From: Malacoraja senta
Lineage: Eukaryota
Length of the DNA: 64,000 bases
Assembly (NCBI GenBank): GCA_038087875.1
Contig: JAXLNO010000057.1
Span: forward strand, 1-64,000
Direction: 5' to 3'
How positions within the stretch are numbered: the stretch's first letter is position 1; each line of letters opens with the position of its first letter. The position numbers and the translations under genes are program-made. A model generated the notes under the pieces. That model made no database searches, was not told the DNA's origin, and was given only the letters and a program-made list of their open reading frames with translations. Positions 39,001-52,508 of this stretch are shown piece after piece.

Positions 39001-39461
39001 CTGCAGTTCCTTCCTACACATTTTGAATGTGGTTTGAATGTTTACCTCATGCATTCCAAAAGATTTGAGGCAGACATTACTGCTTCAGTTCGAGCAGAGA
39101 GTTCAGTTTCTACTTGGCACCTGACCAAAAAACAGAAGGTATTTTACTTGTCTAAATGTCTCACCCAGCTAGATTTTAAAATAAGCCTGACTTATTCAAT
39201 GTGGTTTAAGTGGAAAACTACAATTCTGAACTAGGATTAATCCTGTATTAGTCACTAATGGCTGCATGCTACACTTGGGAGTTTTGTCTTTTTAAAAACA
39301 TCTGTCACTTACACAGAAACTTTGAGTGTAACTACTTGGGGATTTTCACTGAACCTTGGCTTACAGCACAAGACCTTGTCTTGAGCTTAACTCTTGGATT
39401 TAAGCAAGCACATGACACAATTTCCCCTGCAACCACAGGAGATGGAACACCTGTCCCTACA

Positions 39462-41648
39462 CAATAGACAATAGACAATAGGTGCAGGAGTAGGCCATTC
39501 CTGCCCTCCCCATATCGCCTGACAACGCTATCTTTAAGAGCCCTATCTAGCTCTCTCTTGAAAGTAGCCAGAGAACCGGCCTCCACCGCCCACTGAGGCA
39601 TAGAATTCCACAGACTCACAACTCACTGTGAGAAAAAGTGTTTCCTCATCTCCGTTCTAAATGGCTTACCCCTCATTCTTAAACTGTGGCCCCTGGATCT
39701 GGACTCCCCCAACATCGGGAACATGTTTCCTGCCTTTAGCGTGTCGAAACCCTTAACAATCTTATATGTTTCAATACGATCCCCTCTCATCCTTCTAAAC
39801 TCCAGAGTGCAGAAGCCCAGCTGCTCCATTCTCTCAGCACATGACAGTCCCACCATCCCGGGAATTAACCTTGTAAACCTATGCTGCACTCCCTCAATAG
39901 CAAGAATGTCCTTCCTCAAATTAGGGGACCAAAACTGTACACAATACTCCAGATGTTGTCTGACTAGGGCCCTGTACAACTGCAGAAGGACCTCTTTGCT
40001 CCTATACTCAACTCCTCTTGTTATGAAGGCCAACATGCCATTCGCTTTCTTCACTGCCTGCTGTACCTGCATGCTTACTTTCACAGACTGATGAACAAGG
40101 ACCCCCAGATCCCTTTGTACTTCCCCTTTTCCCAACTCGACACCATTTAGATAGTAATCTGCCTTCCTATTTTTGATACCAAGTCACCTTGCATTCTCAT
40201 AGCATCATCCTCACAGTTCACACTGCCACCCAGCTTTGTGTCATCTGCAAATTTGCTAATGTTACTTTGAATTCCTTCATCCAAATCATTGATGTATATT
40301 GGAAATAGCTGTGGTCCCAGCACCAAGCCTTGCGGTACCCCACTAGTCACCGTTAATCCCTACTCTTTGTTTCCTGTCTGCCAATCAATTTTCTATCCAT
40401 GTCAGCACATCTACCCACAATACCATGTGCCCTAATTTTGCCCACTAATCTCCTATGTGGGACCTTATCAAATGCTTTCTGAAATTCCAGGTACACTACA
40501 TCCTCTGGCTGTCCATTGTCCATTTTCCAAGTTACATCCTCAAAAAATTCCAGAAGATTAGTCAAGCATGATTTCCCCTTCGTAAATCCAAGCTGACTCG
40601 GACCGATCCTGTTACTGCTATCCAAATGTGCCGCTATTTCATCTTTCATAATTGACCAGCATCTTCCCCACCACCGATGTCAGGCTAACTGGTCTATAAT
40701 TCCCTGTTTTCTCTTTCCCGCCTTAAAAAGTGGAATAACATTAGCTACCCTCCAATCCAGAGGAACTGATCCTGAATCTATAGAACATTGGAAAATGATC
40801 ACCAATGCATCCATGATTTCTAGACCCATTTCCTTAAGTAACCTGGGATACAGACCAGCAGGCCCTGGGGATTTATCAGCCTTCAGATCCATCAGTCTAC
40901 CCAACACCATTTCCTGCCTAATGTGGATTTCTTTCAGTTCCTCCATCACCCCAGATCCTTTGGCCACTAGTACATTAGGAAGATTGTTTGTGTCCTCCTT
41001 AGTGAAGACGGATCCAAAGTACCTGTTCAACCCATCTGCCATTTCCTTGTTCCCCATAATAAATTCACCCTTTTCAGTCTTCAAGGGTCCAACTTTGGTC
41101 TTAACTACATTTTTCCACTTCACAAACCTAAAGAAGTTTTTACTATCCTCCTTTATATTCTTGGCTACCTTACCTTCGTACCTCATCTTTTCTCCACGTA
41201 TTGTCTTTTTAGTTATCTTCTAAACATTACCCAATCCTCTTGCTTCCCGCCTATCTTTGCTACGTTCTACTTCTCTTTTCTTTTTATACTGTCCCTGACG
41301 TCCCTTGTCAGCCACGGTCGCCTCTTACTCCCCTTGGAATCTTTCTTCCTCTTTGGAATGAACTGATCCTGTACCTTCTGTATTATTCCCAGAAACACCT
41401 GCCATTGTTGTTCCACTCTCATCCCTGCTATGGTATCTTTCCAGTCAACTTTGGCCAGCTCCTCCCTCATGGCTCCATAGCGCCCTTTACTCAACTGTAA
41501 CACTGACACCTCCAATTTACCCGTCTCCCTCTCCAATTGTAGATTAAACTTGACAATATTATGGTCACTACCTCCTAATGGCTCCTTCACCTCAAGTTCC
41601 TTTATCAAATCTGGTTCATTACATAACACTAAATCCAGAATTGCCATC
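39462..41648 (-). mobile_element. CR1 LINE ORF2, long disrupted fragment
   Basis: [42 protein letters not shown]; (CTATTGT)n tail. Confidence 0.92.
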
Positions 41649-42175
41649 TCCAACCATCTCCAACCTGATCTCCCGGTTGCAGGACACTTTAATTCTCCTT
41701 CCCATTCCCACACAAACCTTTCTGTCTTCAGTCTCCCCCATTGTCAGAGTGAGTGAAGCTAAACACAAATTGGAGGAACAGCATTTCATATTTTTCTTGG
41801 CAGCTTACAGCCCAGTGATACGAATCTTGATTTCTCCCGCATCAGGTAGCCCCGGCATTCCCTCTCTCTCTCTGTATCCCTCCTCCACCCAAGTTGCACC
41901 AGCTTCTAGTTTTCACCCAACAAACAGCTTACAATGGGCCTGTTTCCTTTATCATCGTCACTTTTTTACATATCTTTCATTCATTGTACTTTTAAACAAC
42001 TTTTACATCACCGTCTATATCTCTAGTTTCCCTTATCCCTAACCAGTCTGAAGAAAGGTCTCAACCCGAAACGTCACCCATTCCTTCTCTCCAGAGATGC
42101 TTCCTCTCCCGCTGAGTTACTCCAGTTTTTTGTGTCTATCTTCAGTTTAAACAGCATCTGTAGTTCCTTCTTACA
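41649..42175 (+). mobile_element. Penelope-like element 3' fragment (GIY-YIG C-terminus) with a hammerhead-like motif at 42048-42075
   Basis: LPVAGHFNSPSHSHTNLSV...KLEEQHFIF; CTGAAGA-A-AGGTCTCAACCC-GAAA-CGTC. Confidence 0.78.
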
Positions 42176-42526
42176 CAACAAACAACCTGTTAGTCTGTTT
42201 TGGTTACGTTGGTACTTAAGCTAATTAGAAACTCCTGCTCCATAATGAATCATTTTTTGAAGAATATTTACACACAGAAGAGAATTCATGGCTCAGTGCT
42301 TTGCACAGAGTGAAGGGAATTTCATCAAACTTGAAGGGTAAAAACACAGCGATTATCCCCTCGATCTCCGAATGTTGTACCTAGTGTGTTACTTTCAGAA
42401 ATCCTAGACTTCGCACAACAGGGATATGAAACCAGGGTGGACATACACAATTTTAATCTTGTATTTTAAACAGATGGGCTGAAAGGCTTGTTTCCTTGCT
42501 GTGTAACTATGATTCCAATTCCCACA

Positions 42527-43045
42527 TAGGGTTGCCAACTGTCCCGTATTAGCCGGGACATCACGGATTTTGGGCTAAATTGGTTTGTCCCATAAGGGAC
42601 CACCCTTGTCCCTTATTTGACTGCTACTACTCGGGTCGAGGGGACTGTCAGGTTGGAGCGCCGCGTCCAGCCCCGCGTCACCCAGCCCAACGTAGTGCAG
42701 CCCCTGGAGGGCAGCAGCAGCGCCTCACCCGTGGCCCCGTCGGTCTGCAGCCCGGCCAGCTGACCGACCTTCAGACCTTCGCTTACCACCGACACCACCA
42801 CCACTCCTTCTCATGGCAGATCATCGGTTCATGAGTTGGATAGGGTGCCGGACTTTGCGCGCAATGTAGTTTGGGCTAAAACTCCTCAGTTGGCGCGCCG
42901 GCTGGGCTTTGTGTGCAGTCCAGCACCTGGGCCAACTTATCGTTCACCAAACCACGGCCAAGTCGGTCAACGAATTGCCCTCGGGAATTTGTCCCGTATT
43001 TTGACTTTTTGTCCCTTATTTGGGAGTGGGAAAGTTGGCAACCTG
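42527..43045. mobile_element. Non-autonomous hAT DNA transposon (519 bp)
   Basis: TIRs TAGGGTTGCCAACT / AGTTGGCAACCTG; 8-bp TSD TTCCCACA at 42519-42526 and 43046-43053. Confidence 0.9.
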
Positions 43046-43124
43046 TTCCCACAGGTAATCGCATTCTGCCTCAACTAGAAAGCTTCCTAACATCGGACAG
43101 GTATCTGCACCTAGTGCTTCCCCA

Positions 43125-43465
43125 TAAATGAGAGGAATAGATCGGGTAAATGAACAGGGTCTCTTGCCCAGAGTAGGGGAATCGAGGACCAGACGATATA
43201 GGCTTAAGTTGAAGGGGATAAGATTTAACAGGAATCCGAGGGGTAACCTTTTCACACAGAAGGTGGTTGGTGTATGGAACAAGCTGCCAGAGGAGATAGT
43301 TGAGGCTGGGAATATCCCAACTTTTAAGAAACCTTAAGACTGGTACATGCTTAGGATAGTTTGGGAGGGCTATGGGCCAAATGCCGGCAGGTGGGACGAG
43401 TGTAGCTGGGACAGGTTGACCGGCGTGGGCATGTTGGGCCAAAGGGCCTGTTGCCATGCTGTATA
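43125..43465 (+). mobile_element. CR1 3' fragment
   Basis: MRGIDRVN...GESRTR...VWNKLPEEIVEA. Confidence 0.8.
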
Positions 43466-43851
43466 ATGAAATGCAGAAAGCGATTCTGATTTGACAGCCC
43501 ACAAATTTCTCTGTTGATTTTTCTCAGTTCAGTTCAGTTTAGTTTATTGTCACGTGTACCAAGGTACAGTGAACAGGTTTTTGTCACGTGCTATCCAGTC
43601 AACAGAAAGACAAGACATCATTACAATCGAGCTATTTACAAGGTACAGATATAAGGCAATAATGTTTAGTGCAAGGTAAAGCAAGCAAAGTCCGACCAAG
43701 GATAGTCCGAGGGTCACCAATAAGGTAGATAGTAGTTCAGCACTGCTCTCTGGTTGTGCAGTTGAGCAATTCCTAGCCCAAGTGATGCTGAGAGAATATG
43801 ACTGCATTATTTTGTGAATCATAGATTGACACTGGATGATGCTGGAGTAAC

Positions 43852-45530
43852 TCAGAATCAGAATGCTTTATTGTCATTGCATGTGTCACATACAACGAGA
43901 TTACTGTGTCACTCCATTTAAAAGAACTTCAAACATTCACATACTGAAACTTTTTACACTCCCTCCCTCCCGAAACCCACCCATGGATTCACATTTACAT
44001 AAATTAACACTGCCTCCCATCCCCCCTTCTTCCCCATAACCTGCTCCCGAGACAGAGTTCAGTTCCAAGATTGCTGATAGGTAAAATCTGTTCTTGAGTC
44101 TGGCAGTGCGTGACTTTAGCGACCTGTACCTTTTTCCTGAGGGCAGCAGTGTGAAAAGGTGGTGACAAGGATGTGTAATGTCTTTCACGATATTACAGGT
44201 CATGCTGCAGCATCTGGAGTGGTAAATGTCCCCCAGAGGTGTCAGGGGGGAGTCCAATGATACCCTGGGCAGTTTTTATCACGCTCTGGAGAGCTGCTCT
44301 GTCAGTTGCTGAACAGTTCCCAAACCAGGCAGTTATGCAGTAAGTCAGTATGCTTTCTACCGAACAGCGGTAGAAAGACTCCAGCAGTTTAGCAGACAGA
44401 TGGGCCTTCCTCAGTGTTCTGAGGAAGTAAAGTCTCTGTTGCGCCTTTTTTACAACTACAGCAGAGTTCACAGATGATTTAAGATCCTCACTGATGTTAA
44501 TCCCCAGAAATTTAAAACTAGGCACCATCTCCAACTCCTCGCCCCCTATCTCCAGTGGCCTGAGCTCCGCTCTATGTCGCCTGAAATCAGTGATGATCTC
44601 CTTTGTCTTTTTAGTGTTCAGAGAGAGATTGTTGTGAGCACACTACTCAGAAAGTCTGTGCACCTCCTCTCTATAGGCGTCCTCGTTCCCATTTGAGATG
44701 AGCCCCACCACGGTTGTATCGTCCGCAAATTTTATGATCCTATTTGCGGGGTGATGGGGCAAGCAGTCATGTGTGTATAGGGCGTAGAGGAGCGGACTGA
44801 GCACACAGCCCTGCGGTGCTCCTGTGCTGAGGGTCAGGGATGTCGAGGTGTAGGGTCCAAGTCTCACCGTCTGTGGGCGTTCACTGAGAAAGTCCAATAT
44901 CCACCGACACAGTTGACTGCTGAGGCCAAGGTCTAGCATTTTTGTGATCAGCTTGCTGGGTATGATTGTATTAAACGTTGGGCTGTAATCAACAAAAAGC
45001 ATCCTGACATATGACCCCTTCTCCTCTAGGTGTTGTAGTGCAGCATGGAGGACAGTGTTTATGGCATCCTCTGTAGATTTATTAGCCCTATATGCATACT
45101 GGTGTGGGTCGAGTGAGGGGGGAGAGATAATTTAAGGTGACCTAGGACCAGCCTTTCAAAGCACTTGGAGACTACAGATGTAAGAGCAACGGGCCTGTAG
45201 TCATTGAGGGAGTTGATGTTTGTCTGCTTGGGCACCGGGATGATAGTGGTGGTTTTCAGGCACGTTGGCACGGAGGAGTGTGCTTGGGAAAGGTTAAAAA
45301 TGTCTGTGAATACCCCAGCGAGCTGGTGAGCACAGTCCCACAGCACCCTGTCTGGGGTCTCATCCGGGCCAGCAGCCTTACTAGCATTAACAGTTCTCAG
45401 GGCCTGCTTTACCTCCTCTAACTGGAGGGTGAGTGGCTGGTCAGCAGGGTCCAGTTGGAGAGAGGTTCTTTCATTCGGACCTCTCTCGAAACGGGCAAAA
45501 AAGTGGTTGAGCTCCTCTGCCAGCGATGTA
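43852..45530 (-). mobile_element. Rex1-like non-LTR element, disrupted RT
   Basis: [48 protein letters not shown]. Confidence 0.88.
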
Positions 45531-47126
45531 TTTGCAGCTGTCGATGTATTTGCAACTCATCTCTGGATAGAAGGAATGGGTGACGTTTCGGGTCGAGACC
45601 CATCTTCAGACTCTTTGTACATAGTGTACAAACTTGTGAGCATCAGCAAGAGTTCTCCTTCAATAGATTACAGTGTAACTTTCAAAGCCCAACCCAAGAG
45701 CTGTTCTTCCCTGGTCTATGCAAACTTCAGGGCAATGCCAGACAAATAACTGGCATATCTCATTCAGTTTGCATAAATTCCGAATTGTAGATAAGAAGTT
45801 TGTTTTGCCAGCATGTTTACAGTTCCAAACAAAAAAAAATTATTAATGCTTTGAATGGTCAAAAACAAATGAAGGGTCCCGTACCTGAAATGTTAATGTT
45901 TCTCCTTCCACAGATGCTGCCTGACCTGCTGAGAGAGTTTCCAGCATTTTGTTTCGTGTTTTGCAGCATCTGCACGCTTGGTGTTCCCAAGAGGCTCTCA
46001 CCTGCATTTCTACCCTTGACATCTGCCAAACTTGACAATGAGTTGTAGAGGGATCTTCATAACTATTGGAAGTTGGTGAGTGGAGGTGGGCGACTTGTGT
46101 CGGAAGGAACTGCAGATGCTGGTTTACACCGAAGTTAGACACGAAAAGCTGGAGTAACTCAACGGGTCAGGCAGCATCTCTGGAGAAAAAGGAATAGGTG
46201 ACATTTCGGGTCGAGACCCTTCTTCAGGCTACTTGCTTTTTTCACACAATGAGGTTGGTTGAGGCGGGGACTATCCCAACTTTTAAGAAACAGTTAGACA
46301 GGTACTTGGATAGGACAGCTTTAGAGGGATACGGGCCAAACGCAGGCAGGTGGACCAATGTAGACGAGGCATGTTGGTTGGAGTGGGCAAGTTGGGTTGA
46401 AGGGTCTGTTCCCATACTGTACAACTCTATGATGTAGCAAATGTGCATACATATTATATAACCTCACATTGACACCTTAATATGGGCCAGAGAACAACAT
46501 GGCCATTTTACTGTTAGTAAGATGGATGAACAACACAAGAGCAATGGGAACGATACTGAGCTTCCCACCAAAACACACAGCTACCCAATGTCTTCAGCAT
46601 CTGGGGAAGGGTCCCGACCCAAAACGTCACCCATTCCTTCTCTCCAGAGATGCTGCCTGTCCCAGCTGAGTTACTCCAGCATTTTGTGTCTACCTAATTT
46701 CAAACTTACATCAAAAATACACCGTTAAGGAATGTACGTTTCGATCCTGCTAAAGTTGGGGGTCTTCAATCTAGTGTGGGATGCATTACAAATCTAGAGC
46801 CTGGTAGCTCATACACAAACAAAGATACCATAACTGAAAAGAGGGCAGGATCACAATTGCAATCAACCGTGTTGCATATTGAAAACTTGTTAAATTAGCA
46901 ATAATTGCATCTTGGAACTTTGATCAAAACTTTTAGGGTGGCACAGTGGTGCAGCTGGTAAAGTAGCTATCTCACAAAGCCAGAGATCGGGGTTTGATCC
47001 TGGCCTCTGTCGCTGTTTGTGTGGTGTTTGCACGTTCTCTCCGTGACCGCGCAAGTTTAGTCCAGGTGCTCCAGTTTCCTTCTGCATTCTAAAGACGCGG
47101 GGCTTTGTCAGTTAATTGTCCTCTAG

Positions 47127-48166
47127 TAGGTATGTTACAATACTTGCCTTCAGCGGCGCTGTAATTCTGTCACTGGCCGTGTGCACGATTTTGGCGCCTT
47201 TAAAGGGGGGGCGGGGTTAAAATGCAGGTTTCTCCTCCCTTGTCCTGAATTATATTTTGTTGGAGTACAAGCTTTTGCGGAAGAATCGTTCCGAGGGGCG
47301 TTTTGAGTATTTAGTTTTAAAAATCTCCCGACAAGTTCAGCGTTGGAATCATTTTAAAATCATCTTCTGAACCCGTCAACGCCAACAACGGGGACGGATT
47401 TCACACACGGGACAGGTAAACGAAAGTGTTTTACTTTTATGTATAAACGTTCTCCTTAAGAGGCCTTTAATTCACATTTTTACATGCGACACGGTGATTT
47501 CCCCCCCGAACTAACGGCAATAATTTTCATGCCAATACGGGGTTAAATTCACCGCAAATCAACGTTCCAAATGATCGCGTTCCAGAAATCCCCATTCGCA
47601 AGATGATATAAATTCCCATTAATTTACAGGTATTAAACATTCAATTTCTTCCATTTGGCCTGTAAATCCATGAAAATGAGATAAAAAAATTATGTTATAT
47701 TGTGAATTCTTGTGTGAATGTTATTTGGACACAGGCTATTTAAAAATGTTAATCTATTCTTAAGAAATTGATAGATGTTTAGATCTAGTAATTGAATTTT
47801 GTAATTAGCTACAATTAGGTAACTAACTAATTATATGCTTTAATTTCATGTCATCTAAGTAAGATTGTTTCATATTTGTTTCAGAATGCTTCAATCTATA
47901 ATAACTGAAAATTTCTTTCAGTTCTGTTAATTTTTAAGAAAGTTATGGGCTTTTGACTGTCCTCGATCACAGCTTTTGTGTTAAGTCAATGGAAAAGCAA
48001 TAGGGAACAAGATGCTAATTTCCGAGTATGAAAATGGCCATAACTTTTTTAATACTGAAGATATGAAAGTGAATTAGGTGTCAAATTAAACTTCTTTTTA
48101 TGCTTTATCTGATGGGATAAATTACAGACTTGATTTTTAAAATCTCAAAATTTTGTAACATTGCTA
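47127..48166. mobile_element. Non-autonomous TIR DNA transposon (1040 bp) inserted in a SINE
   Basis: TIRs TAGGTATGTTACAA / TTGTAACATTGCTA; CCTCTAG at 47120-47126 and 48167-48173. Confidence 0.82.
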
Positions 48167-48561
48167 CCTCTAGTGTGTAGGATGCAAAAAGTGTGACAAC
48201 GTGAACCTACTGAATGGGTGAACAATGGTCGGTGTGGACTCAGTGGACCGAAGACTAAAACTAAAACGAACACAATCTGGCTTCCTCTGGTATCCTTCCA
48301 AATCCCAAAGACGTATGGGTTTGTAGGTTAATCGGCCTCTAGAGATAGCCCCAGGGAGTGAATGGGAAAGTGGGACAGCATAGAACTATAGTGTGAATGG
48401 GTGATCTATGGTCAGTATTGGCTGTGGGCCGAAGGGCCCATTTCCATCCTGTATCACTGAGCTAAACCATTAAGTGGTATCGTTCGAATCTACAACTAGT
48501 CTCGGAATGTTAAATCCCTGCACAGAAGTCGTGGCACTACTGTGGTCAAGGGAAAACCAGA

Positions 48562-48895
48562 AACACACACAGACACACACACACAGATAGACAGACACAC
48601 ATACACACACACACACAATAGACAGACACACATACACACAGACAGAAACACACACACACACACATACACACACACAGACAGAGACACATACACACACAGA
48701 AACACACACACACAGACACACACACAAACACAGAGACGCACAGACACACATACACAGACACGCACACACACACATAGACAGACACAGACACACACACAGA
48801 CACACGCACACAGACACACAAACACACAGAGACACACACAGCCACATACAGACACACATGCACACACACACACAGACACACACAGAAACACACAC
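48562..48895. repeat. Degenerate (CA)n/(CAGA)n microsatellite
   Basis: Direct reading of the sequence. Confidence 0.95.
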
Positions 48896-50614
48896 CAATG
48901 TTAGCAGAAACCTGTGGAGGAGATTTTATTGCCAACTGGATGAGTTATACATGTCATTTGGCACCTAATTCTGAGAGAGAACATGTGCGTATTGAAGTGC
49001 TCGAGATAAGAGATCCTGATAATCTGACTCACTTGGGAAGGCAGATTCCACATCAACCTAACCTTTGATTTTGCAGCAAAAGAACAACAGAGTGCTGGAG
49101 TAACTCAACGGGGCAGACAGCATCACTGGAGAACATTGACTTATTTGTAGTTTGCATTTTTTGCAGTTTGTTTACATAGACATTTAGCACCAAGAGGAAA
49201 GGCAGGCAGCAACGGTTCAGTCTAGAGGAGGACTAATAATATTGTGCTTTCAAGACTGAAGGAAGTACAAGCTTATGTTTAAATAAAAGCACGCTGAAGT
49301 AATTCAGCGGGTCAGGCAACATCTCTGAAGACAAATAGGCAGCAGTTAGGTTCGAGACTTCTTCAGGCCTGTTCATCAATTATAGGAGCAGAATTAGGCC
49401 ATGAGGCCCATCAAGTCTACTCCACCATTCGATCATGGCTGATCTATCTCTCCCTCTCAATCCCATTCTCCCCCCATCTCCCCATAACACCAGTACTGAT
49501 CAAGAATTTGTCAATCTCCGCCTTTAAAATGTACGTTGGAGTATAGATTAATTTAGAAGCAAGGAACTACAAATGCTGGTTTACAAAAAAAAAGACACAA
49601 AGTGCTGGAGTAACTCAGCAGGTCAGTTACCACCTCTGGAGAACATGGAGGTCACGTTTTGGGCCGAGACCTGAAATGTTGCATTGGTTTGTTCTGGAAA
49701 AGCCCAGATTCTAAATGAACGTCCAGTAAGTCTACGTGTACCTTGAAAATAGCTCCACTCTCAGTTGAAAGTAGGAACAGCATTCTAGTAATGTTAAGAT
49801 AAACTGGAAATGTTTGGCACGTGAAGTTTAAAGACAGACTTGGAACCAAAGACAGCTAATGGTGGATTTTGCCATTAATCTTGTGCAAACCCATTACTAT
49901 GCCCATGCCAAAAGTTTTCAAAGCTAAAATAAAATAAAACTAATTAACTGTGTTATATCGGGTTTTTTCCAATGTGCCCATAACCGTTTTTACTTCAGGT
50001 TATTAATGTTATTATTATTAATGATCGTGTTATTAATTTGGTGTTCTGGCCATTTAGCTGCTGTAGTATCAACTTCAACACAAGTCGTGACACAGTGGCA
50101 CAGCAGTAGAGTTGCTGGAGGAAATGGATTACAGAGGTCATGGGGAGAACGTACAAACTCCGCACAGACAGCACCCGTGGTCAGGATCGAACCCGGGACT
50201 CTTGCACTATAAGGCAGCAACTCTACCGCTGTGCCACCGTGCTGCCCATTTAAAGGCCTCTAAAATGCCACTTATCTGCCTTCACCACCAGTTCTGGCAG
50301 TGCTTTCCAGGCACCCACAAACTTGTGTCTAAAAAAAGGTAGCTCTGAACATCTTTAAATTATGCCCTTCTCTCCTTAAAGCTACGTCCTGTGGTCTTTG
50401 ACATTTCCACACTGAGTAAAGGTGGCTAGAATATTTTGATTCCAAAGGTGACAGTGATTTCCTGCTATTGCGATAGATATCAGATTGTACATTCACACAC
50501 TTCCAGCTTAAGGAAGCTTTTAGATTTATAATATAGAACATGCCGAACAGTGCAGGACAAGAACAGACCCTTCGGCCCACAATGTCCATGCCAAACACGA
50601 TAGCAAGACCATTA

Positions 50615-51427
50615 TCTATATAATTAAACGTCTCATCTTGACCACTTCCATCTATCTGCGCTGTATATTGATTTTAGAAAAAAAACGCCACCATATATTG
50701 CTATGATTTTTTGCCATCATACCCATAGTCCTCCTCTGCTGATCAGGCACCATGGATTTTTCCCATCGATGAAAAATAAAAGAGTTATGAGTGTTTAAAA
50801 AACCTTGAGATGCTCTCGCCTGTCAATCGCTGCGATGAAGGTAACGCCCCTTCTGGGGGAGAAACGATAAAACCCCGGATGCGTGGACATGCCTCACTCA
50901 GCAAGATTGTGAGGCAGATGCCACGACTACCATTCTAAGCTGTGAATCAAGTGAACTGTGCTTGCAATAAATGATTTGTTAGCCCTTAATGAAAATGAAA
51001 TTAGTTGTTTGGCCTGCCCTGTGCTTGAAACTGCAATGGCACTGGAAGTGAAATGAAAATGTAATCAGCTATTTGGCTTGCCGTGCCCTGTCCTTAAAAC
51101 TGCAATGGCAGTGGAAGTGAAATGAAAATGCAATCAGCTGTTTGGCTTGGCCTGCCCTGTTCATGAAACTGCAATGGCAGTGGAAGTGAAATGAAAATGC
51201 AATCAGCTGTTTGGCTTGGCCTGCCTGTCCTTGAAACTGCAAAGGCAATGGAAGTTAAATGAAAATGCAATCAGCTGTTTGGCTTCGCCTGCCCTGTCCT
51301 TGAAACTGCAATGGCAATGGAAGTGAATTGAAAATGTAATCAGCTGTTTGGCTTGGCCTGCCCTGTCCTTGAAACTGCAATGGCAGTGGAAGTGAAATGA
51401 AAATGCAATAAGCTGTTTGGCTTGGCC
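50615..51427 (+). mobile_element. Non-autonomous Helitron 5' portion ending in a ~69-bp minisatellite (~6 copies, ~51010-51427)
   Basis: A^TCTATATAATTAAA start breaking a CR1-type tail; CCTGCCCTGTCCTTGAAACTGCAATGGCAGTGGAAGTGAAATGAAAATGCAATCAGCTGTTTGGCTTGG units; no 3' hairpin/CTAG seen downstream. Confidence 0.65.
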
Positions 51428-52356
51428 ACAGACACTCTGGACCCATGATCCTCGTGGTCTTTGCAGCTTTTGCATAAGATGTCAAGCAGGCTTTACAAAA
51501 GCAGAAATCCTTGATTTTGTCAAGCACCCAAAATGCCCAATATTACCATGTGTAGGATGGGAAACTGGGTTAACTTAGGATTGGTGGACAGGTGATTATT
51601 GGTCTGTGCTGACCATGAGCTGAAGGGTCTGCTTCCACACTGTATCTTTAAACTAAATTAAACCTCTCACTCATTTAAACTGCAGCAAAAATAAGTCCAA
51701 TTCACTAAATCTTTCCTCAAAAGACAGCTCTGTCATTCCATGAGACCAGAGGTGAAGATGGAAAAGTAAGTACAGTGAAGCAACACCATATGTAGCAAAG
51801 TGTATAATCTTGGAATCTTGGGAACTTTATTGTCATTCAATAGAAATGTCATTCGCCAGAAACCCCAAAATGTTTGTCAGTGGCCTTTCAACTCCTCCGA
51901 TGAATCACTGGCTTCCTGAACGTGGAACTCAAGTAATCCAGAGGTCAATTTCAACCCCTGAATTTAAAAAGGTCACCGCAAAGTCTAATTTGTTCTGAAG
52001 CTGGGAGCAAAACACAAAGTGACTGAATGAAAGATATACATTCCAAACCTATGCCTTATACTACAACACAGCTGGCTGGAGGAGTCAGCAAGAATTTAGA
52101 TGAACTGAGGGAAAAACAATTATTACATGACAAGATTAAAATAACTGCAGAGATTAAGAGCAATGACAAACCATTATTTGTGAACTTTTATGGCTTTCTC
52201 TCACAAATACATGTTAACCTTTCACTTTCCTATCTATATTTTCTTCAACAAATTAATTATGGATTTCTCTCACAAATACATATTAAGTTTATTTTTTGTT
52301 TCCATAATATTTTCTTCAACAAATTAACGTCAATATACATTTGATATATTCCTTAC

Positions 52357-52508
52357 CAGTCAATAATGTTGTTGTAAGCAATAATGCTGTTCTTTAAATA
52401 TGGCTGGTGATTGATGCTACTTCCAAATGCATATTTAAAATGGCCATCACGTAAACGGTATGATCCTCTCCTGGATATCACTGCCGTTCGGATGTCCTTC
52501 AGGTGATT
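52357..52508 (-). pseudogene. TADA1: TADA1 exon 6
   Basis: CCCCAG/GTAAGG; 152 nt; [50 protein letters not shown]. Confidence 0.93.

Noticed and set aside
48470..48935. Long Cys/Val or Thr/His-rich ORFs (similar ones at 4033-4393, 6596-7310, 8193-8737)
   Set aside because: Translations of CA/GA microsatellites
51010..51427. Regular repeats (also 32622-32845 and 52962-53106) as a CRISPR-like array
   Set aside because: Head-to-tail minisatellites without unique spacers, in eukaryotic DNA with no cas genes
28500..52356. TADA1 exons 7-8, expected on the minus strand below exon 6
   Set aside because: Unique-looking stretches checked by eye (34860-35110, 37020-37200, 45640-45800, 49680-49900, 51780-52020) gave no match; a tBLASTn search could overturn this
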